A stretch of DNA of 64,000 nucleotides from Podarcis pityusensis (Eukaryota), in the NCBI GenBank assembly GCA_964106645.2, contig OZ067049.1, one strand, 5' to 3'. The position numbers and the translations under genes are program-made. This document shows, piece after piece, positions 48,409-59,635 of this stretch. A model generated the notes under the pieces. It was not told the origin of the DNA, made no database searches, and saw only the letters and a list, made by a program, of their open reading frames with translations. The stretch's first letter is position 1. Each line of letters starts with the position of its first letter.

Positions 48409-49045
48409 CAGAGAAGTATCTGAGACCATGACATTTTTTTTGGTCCACCAAACACGACACAAGCCACTATGAACCTTTGCATGCAAATGGTATTGTTTTG
48501 CTTGAATGGTAGTATTTTGCAGTTTCAAGGAATTCCAGAATGGTGTTTCTCCTCTGTCTCTAATTATCTTTGTCTGGATTCCCTTGCACTTATAAAACGA
48601 TATTAATCAAACTTAACATTACAGGCCAATAAATTCTAAACAAATTACAGGTTTGCATGCAGGGCAACAAAGCATGATACATTTATTCTTAGAGATATGA
48701 AATGCCGTCCATAACCCCAAATGCTAGAAGGAGAAAAGATGGTCATTAGTCTGCATTTCAAATAAAGTGTTAAAAAATAAATAAGCATATTACTGCACAC
48801 AGGAGCAGACGGTGAGTTGCAATTCTTTCCACTCTTGCTTAGAAGGAAGCAGTCTGGAAATAAAGTGGTTTGATTCCCAAGTAAGCATGTGTAAATCATC
48901 TATGTCTTATTCACAAAAGGACTAGTTTATGGAGTCAACAAAATCAAGTACAGTAAGGCTTTTTCTGAACTGCTCCACTTCAGGCTGAGGTTTGGAGCCA
49001 CATATGTGAATACTCCACCAACCTCCCTGGAGAAAAAAAAGTATC

Positions 49046-49372
49046 CATAGAATCATAGAATTGTAGACTTGGAAGGGATCCCAAGGGTCATCTAGTCCAA
49101 CCCCTTGCAATGCAGAAATCTCAGCTAGATCATACGAGACAGATGACCATCCAACCTCTGCTTAAAACTCTCCAAGGAAGGAGAATCCACTTTGGAGCCT
49201 GTCCCACTGATGGGCAGCTCTTACTGTCAGAAAGTTATTCCTGATGTTTAGTCAGAACCTCCTTTCTTGGTTTCCAGACCCTTGAACATCTTGGTTGTCC
49301 TCATCTGGGTACGTTCCAGCTTGTCAATATACTTCTTCAATTGTGGTGCCTAGAACTGGACATAGTACTTCA
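49046..49372 (-). mobile_element. CR1 LINE 3' end
   Basis: catagaatcatagaat tail repeat, catctagtccaacccc stem, then the CR1 ORF2 end region. Confidence 0.8.
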
Positions 49373-51333
49373 GGGATGGCATGTTGGCCCACTGGTTTAA
49401 CCCACAGCGCCACCCGCGTCCCACTGCTGGTTGGTATTATCTGCTAAATAGACATGATACACCACTACTTTTCTAGCAGTAGTGAAGAGCTCGTTGGGTT
49501 CCTTTGTTGAACTAAGGTCCGCCTGCTAAACTTGGGCCACTTGAGATTGCCTCTCCTTAGACTCAGCACCCATCATTTACTCACTTTTACAAGTGGCTGT
49601 AAAAGCGACATCACTTGTCAATACAGAACCAAGCATTTCCCGTGATGAATCTCTACTTTGCTTTACTAGTTTTTCAGCAATAATTGGGGTGGGGGGAATC
49701 AATACCTTTTAACCTACTTTACCATAGTACAGTCATGAAATAAATGAACTACTTTACAATAGTACATTTAACAAACAAGCAAACAAACAAACAAACAAAC
49801 AAACGTGGCTACGAGCTCATTTCGTTTCTTTTTGATGTAAATGATAATTTGAGCTTCTCCTCAGCAAGAAGCAGAAGATTCCCTTTCAGATCTATTCTAA
49901 AAAAAACTTCTAAAACCTTTGACTTGGGTGAAATTGCTTGACATTAACCTCAAACCTCAATCTAAGCAAAAGGGTATGGGCTGCATCCCAGATTATCCTG
50001 TTTGGGGAACACACTTCAAATTTTGCTCACCTCAGCAGTTATGGAAGCATGAAATTCTGCTCTGGCCAGAAGCCCTGTACAAAACAAGCCTCATCCGCCA
50101 TTGTTAATTAGTATGTCCGCATTTGTGAGTCTTCTTCCCTGGGGTGAAAACCATCCCAAGAGCTTTAAACAATTAATTAGCGTGAAGCGTTTAAGCTGTG
50201 TCACTACAACCTGAAGCAACTGCAATAATCACCTCGTGAATATTTCAGGACTGGGTTTATTAAACAGGCTGAGTGGGAGATGGGGACTATAATAACACCT
50301 TTCTTTGGGTTTGATCTGTTTTTCATTAGGCAATCCTATATGCACTTACTTGGGAGGAAACCCCTTTTAACTTAGTGGGACATACACCTGAGAAGACATA
50401 GCATTGCATTGTTACACACTTGTAATCTGATTCATTTCAATTAGAGCCAAGTGGATTGAGTGGTTTGCAGACTGTGCCCGCCCCCCCTGTCCCAAAGGTT
50501 TATGGAAGACTTGAAGCATCTTCCTTGGTCTGGAATCTGAATGGCTCACCAAAGCATCAGTTCCTATAATTGATGTATTCAATAGGGTGGAATGTTGTTT
50601 TTTCTCTGTTGCAGCGAAGCGGCAGCTACCCCATCAAATCTCCCTGGATGAGATGGGCAGAACTTTCACAAATGGCTCATTTGTTGGTTGGCTTGGATTC
50701 TTGGGCTAGGATCTGGACCTGTTGAAGATGCCAAGAGCTCAGCTGCTGACAGGGAGCTGCGTGAGGGAAGGGGAAAGAGAGGGAGGGAGACAGCATAGGA
50801 CTCTGATTGGGGAAAGACAAGATAGCCCTGGAAAAAAGGCACAGGCTCCAAAGCAGGAAGGGACTTTCTGCTGCAGCCACAGCGAATGTCCTGGCTCCCA
50901 GAACTTCTCAGCTTGTGGGAACTGATAAACTTTATTCAAGTAATCAGCACACAATCCCTGCAATAGTTAAAAGTAGAGGTGACCACTGTTATGGGGCTGT
51001 TTCATGACAGATCATCACATTTATTTATTTTTAATAACTAATACATCTCAGATTCTGAATAAAACTGCTGTACTGGATTATCACACATGTCAAAGTCACT
51101 GGTGTGGGAAAAAATATTCCCATGCTTTATAGTTTTCAAGTTACGGGGAAGGTGAAAATTAGGGAAATGGTGTGTGTGTGTGTGTGTATTGCATCATATA
51201 ATTATTTGCATCATCCGTTTCAAATTGGATCTACTAGATCTATTTTTTTTTAAGCAATGTGGAGTAAAGTTGCTTCTGGGGCCCCTCCAGGATTAGGAGC
51301 CCTGGAATTAAAGCTTCATTAGTTTTCATGGTA

Positions 51334-51680
51334 GGGACACAGCTGGCGCTGTGGGTTAAACCACAGAGCCTAGGACTTGCTGATCAGAAGGTCGGCGGTT
51401 CGAATCCCCACGATGGGGTGAGCTCCCGTTGCTCGGTCCCTGCTCCTGCCAACCTAGCAGTTCGAAAGCATGTCAAAGTGCAAGTAGATAAATAGGTACC
51501 GCTCCAGCGGGAAGGTAAACAGTGTTTCTGTGCGCTGCTCTGGTTCACCAGAAGCGGCTTAGTCATGCTGGCCACATGACCTGAAGGCTGTACGCTGGCT
51601 CCCTCGGCCAATAAAGCGAGATGAGCACCGCAACTCCAGAGTCGGTCATGACTGGACCTAATGGTCATGGGTCCTTTACC
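51334..51680 (+). mobile_element. Sauria SINE, full length
   Basis: GGGACACAGCTGGCGCTGTGG head, ggttcgaatccc B box, cctttacc tail; TSD tagttttcatggta (51320-51333 and 51681-51694). Confidence 0.93.
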
Positions 51681-54399
51681 TAGTTTTCATGGTAGATCCA
51701 CCCCTGCTTGGGAGAGCCTGATTCACAAAGGTAGCTGAGCCTTGTCAAAAGCAGTGGTTTCAGAAGGAATCTTCCTTTGCAGCTTGCCTTGAAAGCACCT
51801 TAAAATGAATGAACCCGACTGCAAAGGGGGGGGGGGGGGTAAGTGTTCCATTGGAGCAAAGGCTTGAACTCAAACCAGGCTGCAAAGGAAGAGAGGAAAG
51901 CACATTTAGAGCCTGCTCCTGGGCTTTCCTTTGGAGTTGGGTCAAAGTGGCCCAATGGAGTGAGGAGACAGGGATCTGGTCCATCTGCTGGAACTGGTTC
52001 TCCACCCTTGTCCTTGTCAGAGATGGAAAGCTCGAAACTGTCTGCAGCAGGAGTGGGCAACCTGTGCCCTGTGAGTCACATGTGACCTAAATTTCATGTG
52101 GGTGGCAGGAACAGGAAAAAAAATGGGGTGACAGAAGGGGAGGGAATAGGAAAAGAAGATGGTAGAGATAGAGGGGAAGGAAGGAAGGAAGGGAATTTTC
52201 TACCTAGTTTTTGTTTTACGTAGTCCTCAGTTTTGACTCTGATCCCACTCAGAATCAGCATGTGGCCTCTGAGAGTGTACCCCTGAGGAAATGTGGCCCT
52301 CAACAGTCACCCCTGCCCTATAAGCCACCCATGATTTCTCCTTGCAAAATTATTTGTACTACCTCCTGGGATAAAATGATCCAGGGTTATATGATTCCAG
52401 AACACTCTGGATAAGAGAAAGGCAGCCTCATTGCATTCCAATCAAGGCTTGTTTACAGAATGTGAACTGCTAGAAAATATGTGAATATATTAAAGAGATG
52501 TAGCCCACAAGCTTCCTACACTGAAATAATTCTATTACGGCATGTGAAGGACATCTCAGAGAAACCACACTGGAATGAAACCTTTTGTGAGCTGGAACAG
52601 CGGATCTCTTTCGACAGGGAATATTAACTGCTAAATAATCTGCTTAACCATCTTCTTAGCATGTACTCCTGGGAGCCAAAGGAGCTTTCAGTTTACTTAT
52701 ATATTTAAATGTTTTTTTTCTGTTCCCACCTTAAGGCTTATCCCAAGGACAAGGGAATAACCCCACAAACAAATAGAGAAAATGGCACTATCCACATAAA
52801 ATGAAGATATTATCAACAGCTTTGGGGAAACCAAATGATTTGTCGAAGTGTATAAATATATTAGGGGAGGGGAAAACGCTTAAGGAAGGACCCCCCTCAA
52901 ACAGCCTAATGAGGACTGCGTGTACTCACTAGTCATAGCATGCCGGCTGTTTGTTTGTTTTTTGAGAATTGGGAAAAGAAAAACGGGTGGTGGTGAAATG
53001 AAGTGTTTTTGAAAAGGGCCTTGCTGGTTGGCACTATGAACATGACCACTCCACATTGCCATATTTTGTTGCTCTTTTGACTTGTTTAGCATTATTTCAT
53101 TTTATCATTATGGGAATCTGATGATTTCATGTTCATTTTGTTCCTAATCTAATTGCTATCCTACCTCCTGAGAGCACATCATAAATGTTTATTTTGATAC
53201 CAATGACGGCAGATGCAAGAGCTGTCCTGACCTGGGATGCTAACCTTGTTAGTGAACTTATTATTTTTAGATAAGGTTTTGGGTTGATTTTTTTATTTTT
53301 TTTGCGGAGACATAACTTATTATCTTTCAATTCCAAGATTAAAAACATTACAGAGCATATGACCTGGGTGAAACAGCTATACTGCTGATTTTCGCAAGGT
53401 CTACAATATTCTGTGTAATGTATTCATTGAATTATTTAAAGTATTTCTTAAAGAGACGCAATAAATCTTAAATCTTTACCTACTGTGTTTGATTACTTTC
53501 ATAGTAGGAATAAGTAATATGCTGTAAGCTTGATTAGAACCAGGATATTTTGGGGTCAATTTAAGATATTTACAAGGAATGTAACAAAATAAATTGTAGA
53601 AGCGATTAGTTTATTACAGATTTTAAAATCAGACAAAACAATATTTCCAGTCCAGTTTTTCTACTTCCAAACTGAGAATCATTCAACATTCAATCATTCA
53701 ATCATTTTAAGAATTTCTTGAAGGTAGACCCACAAAATTCAGAAGGATATGGCCACAGTATTGCTTCTTGAATGAATATATGATTATTTAGGGTACTTGG
53801 TGGACATACAACTACTGTACAAGAGAAGCTGAAAATACTAGTAAACAGAATTTCACCATTATCCTCACTCCTTGGATTTCTGATTGGGTTGAGGTCAGTA
53901 GAAGAAAACATGCCCTGCTTGCAGGATGTCTTAGTTCAGTTCCTGGTATCTCCCTATATGACCAGCAAAGACTTCTGCCTGAAACCCCAGGGAACCATTG
54001 TCACTTATGTGTAGACAATTCTGAGCTAGATGAACCACTGGTCTGACTCCACTTAATGTAGTTCATGTTCCTATATGTAAAGCTGTATTTTTGTTAAATA
54101 GGTAGACTGTATTCTCACCAAAGACGAGCCCCCAAATTCTCTCCCCAATTGGCACTGGGGATTTTAATAAAAATTCTGATTATTGCCATAATTTATCATT
54201 ATGTGATGAATTAGCCTTCCTAATTCATTCCTTCCTCAACCCAGCGTCCTTCTTTCCTTTCATTCATTAATTAAAAGTATTTTCCTCCCACTTACTATTG
54301 TGAAACAAAAGATTAAGTTGGCTTGCCAGCATTAAGAATAAAGCGAAGCTCAGTGCAGTAACCATCTTAAATGTTGCACACATACCCCATCAATGTGTA

Positions 54400-54790
54400 G
54401 GAGTCTAGCAGGAGGTAACACAACCATGCAAAGAAACTATGAGGCAATGAGAGCAGTGAAGAGATCCTACTTCACTGCCTCCATTGCATCCTCAAGAAGT
54501 TGTCCAGCAGAGCTGTTCTATGTGGTTGCTCCTGACCAGGAGGGTGGACATCTGGAACACATGGTCACTAACCTTAGCCAGATCTAAACACTCTGAAGAT
54601 AAATCCATTCAGCTCCACAGAGATTTAGATGCCACTGTTGCAAAAGTGCCTGCTAAGGCATCCAATTAAACATTGAGCCCCCCTCCCTCCTGGTGTGTGA
54701 TTCATTCCAGTTCATGTGGCTTGATAATGTGGGCAGGATACTTGCAGTGATGTGCCCGACCACCTGCTCATTAGGAATAGGTTGGCACCT
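54400..54790 (+). mobile_element. Degraded L2 ORF2 internal fragment
   Basis: AVKRSYFTASIASSRSCPAELF resembles the lizard L2 ORF2 region before the RT domain. Confidence 0.5.
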
Positions 54791-56364
54791 AAAAACACAC
54801 ATCTCAGGTGTCAAAGGCCAGGATAATCTTGGCACCATACTATTTCTGTTTCTGACACCAGATTGAATGTGATTTTCATTCTGAGACTCTACTGTAAGCT
54901 ATAGCACAGGACATAAAACATTCTAAATAAAACAAAGACATATTTTATACCACCCTTCAGTTGTATTCCAGCAACAAATTTACTCTTGCGGTACGTTGCT
55001 GTATGTATTTATATTGTTCCATGTGTGCATTTTAATATATTTAATGCCTTATTTTTAAAGAAAGATATTCTGATCAGATAAATGCTCTTTCTTCACTTTC
55101 TGAATTCTATGGGACCAGACCCCTTTCTGACTGAAAATGGCAACAATATTTTCACAGGCTCTATCCATGCACCTCTGTTCACTCTTATCACAGTGTCTAG
55201 CAACCTAAGAACAAGACCTGCCCTATAATCTTTATGTCATCTCAAATTCTAGTTCTCCTGGAGCCCTGGTACATTATCAATATGCCTCACCAGCATTCCT
55301 AATTCTCAGGATGTACTGCTAAATAGGAAGCAGATTGACACAAGTAATGTCAATTTGACATATTCACACTTAAATGTGTCCTGTAAAAAGGCTATTTCAG
55401 ATATCTGTTTGCATAAATGCTTTGGCAATTTGCATCTATTGTGGGAATTGCTTATATTGTTTACATTTCCAGGAACGCTTCCCCCTTAATCTTTCTCATA
55501 GTCAGTGACATTTGACCGGAAAACATTTCATTTTTGCACAGCTACATATGTATATTTCTTCAAAGATTTTTCTTTTCTTTTCAAGCCATCTTATGTATGC
55601 TTCCTTTACTGAATTAGAGTTGCAAGTGACCATCTGTTTAATCTGTTACTGGTGCTGGAAAAGTCTCCTAATAATAATAAGGACAACAGTTCTGGCTGAA
55701 ATGTAATCCAAAACTCTGGGTTTTACAAACAGTATTCTATTTTAATCTTCTAGCAATAACACTTGATTCCTTTTTCTGCCACATTTATGGGAATATTTGG
55801 ATGGTGAAAAGTAAATAACCTGCTGCTTTTCCTTCCCTCTCTTGGTAATTACCCACATTATGGATTTGGGGAAGAGCTAAAGCTCAGTGGAAGAGTATCT
55901 CCTGCGTATGCAAAAGGTTCCTGGTTCAATCCTCAGTATCTCCTGTTGGGGCTGGGAAATAAACTTGTCTAACACTGGGTGAGCTACAGCCAATCAGTGC
56001 AGACGATACTGAGCTAGATGAGCCAATGATCTGATTTGCTCTAAGGCCATTGCCCACATCCCTGTCTGATCCCCATTGCCCACAGGCCCTGTCTGTTCCT
56101 TGTGAAGAGAAATTGATTGTTAAACCACTCTGGAAATTGTAGCTCTGTGGGGCCTCCTAACAACTCTCAGCTCCCTTAACAAATCACAGCTCCCAGAATT
56201 ATTAGAGGAGGTGCCATGAGTTTAAAGTGGCGCCATAGTGCTTTAAATGTGTGGTGTGACTGTGGAGGAAGATAAGTGAAATATTGAAAGTTGCCTGATA
56301 CTCAGTCTACAGATTCGGCACCAACAAGCCGTACACAGAGACAGCAGGGATTGAATCTGTGACC

Positions 56365-56780
56365 TATTGGCAAAACCTATTGGTGTTTTGCAACTTTCTG
56401 ACTAGTTGCAGGACCTTAGCCAGACCTAGCAGAGTAAACGCAGAATCCACGGAAGCAATTGGCGACTTGGCTGCAGACAGGATAGACGAAGCAGGAACCA
56501 GGAACTTGTAGTTAGGTGTTTATTATAGACAATGAACTATTTACAGGAACAGAACACGGATCTTTTGCTAGCTCTCTCTGACACGACTCACAACTCCTAC
56601 ACTGAAATACTGAACTAACACATTCCAGTTAGTAGGCCATTAATTATCACTCCCTTGAGAGAGCTTGACCAATCAGGGAGTGGTCTCCATGTCTCTGTTA
56701 TCACCAGGCAGACGTACTCCTTCAGATTGCCTTCTGGCTGTCTGCCAAACCTTTATTGACTCTGTGTGAGTTTCCCAACA
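56365..56780 (-). mobile_element. Solo LTR (416 bp) inserted into a tRNA-Ala SINE head
   Basis: 5-bp TSD tgacc (56360-56364 and 56781-56785); ends TATTGGCAAAAC and (rc) TGTTGGGAAAC; AATAAA on minus at 56519-56524; CCAATCAG about 56669. Confidence 0.75.
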
Positions 56781-57369
56781 TGACCTTCTGCATGCAAAGC
56801 ATGTCTCTACCCCACTGAGCTACGGCTCTTCCCCTACTGTGGAGTGGAGGCCATCGCTGCTTCTCTTTGCTGTTATCACTGCTCAAATTCTCTGAAAGGG
56901 CAGGTGGAAAGCTGGCAATATCAAAGGGGTTAGATCGGCAGGGATGGAGAACTCCAGAGGTTCAGGGGCACTTGCTGAGATGTAGGCCTCACCAGGTGCT
57001 CAGCAACGATGACCCCAACACTGGCCCTGCTGCCTTAATCTCCCTTGGTTACTTATGGAGAAACAGCCCTCTTCAACCCCAAAGAAAATGGCAGGAAGAT
57101 AGGAATCTTTGGTACACACTTGTAAAAAGTCATAGTAGACTGTGTGTCAAGGAGACCTGGGTTGCTTCCTGACAGCAAATAAGTTAATAAAATAGGTTCA
57201 GACCTGTTGCCAATGACTCATTTGTGACACTTCAGTGATCCACTTAAAATATGAAGCCCACTGTCTGGAAGCACTCAGTGTCTGGCCCATGAATCGCAGG
57301 GATAGCAATAATCCAAGCTCAGGCTGAGGTCAATTACCAATCTAGCTTTTTTAAAAAAGTAGGAGGGGC

Positions 57370-57945
57370 TGTCCTGGCATAGGAAAGTGAACAAAGCTTT
57401 TCTCCCTCTCTTAAACACTAGAATTTGTGGGTATCGGAAGCTGAGTATCGGAAGAGTCAGGACGGATGAAAGAAAGTACTTATTCACACAGTGCATAGGT
57501 GAACTATGGGACTCACTCCCACATAGCTCAGTTGGTAGAGCACGAGACTCTTAACCTCAAGGTCGTGGGTTTGAGCCCCACGTTAGACCAAAGATTATTG
57601 CATTGCAGGGGGTTGGGCTAGATGACTTGGTGGCCCCTTCTGACTTTACAATTCTATGCTCTGTGGTCACAGGAGGCAATGATGGCCACCAACGTGAATG
57701 GTTTTAAAAGAGGATCAGCCTAATTCGTGGCAGGTAAAGCTAGTAGCTAGGATGGCCATGCTCTATCTCCACCATTGGAGGCTTCTGAATACCTGTTGCT
57801 CGAAACTTCAGAAGGAGAGAGACTCTTGTGGTTGGATCCTGCTTGCAGGTTTCCCACAGGCATCTGGTTGGCCACTGTGAGAACAGGACGCAGAACTGGA
57901 TGGGCCATTGTCTCTTCAAGAGGCTCTTTGTATCTTCCTCTTTCC
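57370..57945 (+). mobile_element. CR1-type LINE 3' end interrupted by a tRNA-Lys SINE
   Basis: aaagaaagtacttattcacacag...ctatgggactcactcc, then ggttttaaaagagga and tail ggttggccactgtgagaacagga. Confidence 0.65.
57523..57663 (+). mobile_element. tRNA-Lys(CTT)-headed SINE with CR1-derived tail
   Basis: tagctcagttggtagagcacgagactcttaacctcaaggtcgtgggtttgagccccacgtt resembles tRNA-Lys-CTT; tail ttgcattgcagggggttgggctagatgac...acaattctatg. Confidence 0.8.
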
Positions 57946-58489
57946 TGATGCAACCAGTTTATTCTGGCGCATCAGCAATGAGGGTTAGATGGTTGTCTCT
58001 CTTTGGTCCTAAAACTGAGAAGAAATGAACTGTGATTAGATGGGTGGGAGGGGAAGAAACTTACAGAGGGTGAGCAGACTATCCTATCCAGTTGCTTTAC
58101 AGCACAATCCTAACCACGTCCACTCAAAAGTAAGACCCATTGAGGATTGTGTAATATTTTATCATTAGAAAATGTGAAGAATACCGTCCCCTTTATTTTG
58201 CACTTCTGCTGTTTGTTGCCATTCTGCAGTTTGTTTGTTTGTTTGTTTTACTTACAGAGACCCAGTGTGTTAATTAATACGATTTTGCAAAATCATCTTT
58301 AAAGACTCTTTGCTCTAGCTCCATGTAAATCTTTGTCATCTCCATATTTCCAGCATATTTTATGCAAATGGTTGTTTAAAAATGAAAATTCTAATGCCAA
58401 ATGAAGAAAATTCATGGCATGCATCTTGTGTTGCAGTTTAATCACTGTATACCCAGGAAAGTATTGACAGTTGTCCCGAGGAAGCTATT

Positions 58490-58653
58490 NNNNNNNNNNN
58501 NNNNNNNNNNNNNNNNNNNNNNNNNNNNNNNNNNNNNNNNNNNNNNNNNNNNNNNNNNNNNNNNNNNNNNNNNNNNNNNNNNNNNNNNNNNNNNNNNNNN
58601 NNNNNNNNNNNNNNNNNNNNNNNNNNNNNNNNNNNNNNNNNNNNNNNNNNNNN
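58490..58653. other. 164-nt N tract within an AT-rich, motif-rich unique block
   Basis: N run; left flank carries TAATTAAT, ATGCAAAT and TGACAG. Confidence 0.95.
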
Positions 58654-59456
58654 GTCTGCCTTAACTCTCTGCACAACACTATGTTCCAAAGTTGTATCAG
58701 CTACAGATGTAGAACTTCTGCATCCCAGAGTTTAATCACACTTGGGATGACTCGCTGGTTTAATTTTTATTCATCAGTTCAGTTTTGAGGTATCTTTTTC
58801 TTTTTAAAAAAAGTCCGTAACTTTGCCGTCTTGATTCATCATGTGAGTATACATAAACAGCATATTAAGACCTCGGGAACTGCTGCCAAGAGTATACTCT
58901 TCAATTTGCAGGATCATTCATTCATGCTCATTAGCTGGAGGGAGATACATCAGCTTTGTATTCCAGATAGAGCGCAACTCTATTTGTCTGGGACAGATTT
59001 AAAATACTCAGCTGAACAACAAGCTCCTACTGTCATGTCAGCCATGTGGAGGTAATCCAGGAGAGTATGAACTGCTGGCTCGAATAATGGAGGTCCTGCT
59101 TGAATGTGGTTCAGCAAAGCTTTCAGCAATGATCCTGTGAATCAGAGGAGAACAATCAAGCCTTTTAAAAAACAACCAAGAGATATACCAGTCTTTAAAG
59201 CCTTCATGCCATTATGGCTGCTGTGATAGGCAGTAGGTTGGTTCATACTGGAAGCCAGAGTTGGGGTTGTGTTGTAGGGTGAGGGGCAATGCCACTGGAG
59301 TGACCTAGTGTGCCGGCAGGTCACCTTATAGGAAGAGACCAGAGATTGCCTTGATTCCTATTTGCTTATAATAAGGCAAATCTCCAGCTGTGTAAATTAA
59401 TTCTCATGAAATTAGCTGCATTATGCCCAGAATAATTTTGGTCCATAACGCAAAAG

Positions 59457-59635
59457 CAGTGCATTTTTTTCTGGGGGGACGCAGAGGTACATATACCCCT
59501 CAACATTTTGTGAATCTTTGTACTTTTGTCCATTTCCTGTATTTATTTTTCCCGATTTGAACTATAAAGTGGTGATTTTCTTGAGTCAAAACGAGAGTAC
59601 CCTTAAACATATTTTTTTAGGGGGAAAAAGAACTG
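59457..59635. mobile_element. hAT-type MITE, same family as 48244-48408
   Basis: Shared body ggggggacgcag...acattttgtgaatct...gagagtaccc; TSD cgcaaaag/cgcagaag. Confidence 0.8.

Noticed and set aside
57523-57590. Possible tRNA-Lys(CTT) gene
   Set aside because: 5' acceptor strand missing, T-loop mutated (GTTTGA), followed by a CR1 tail.
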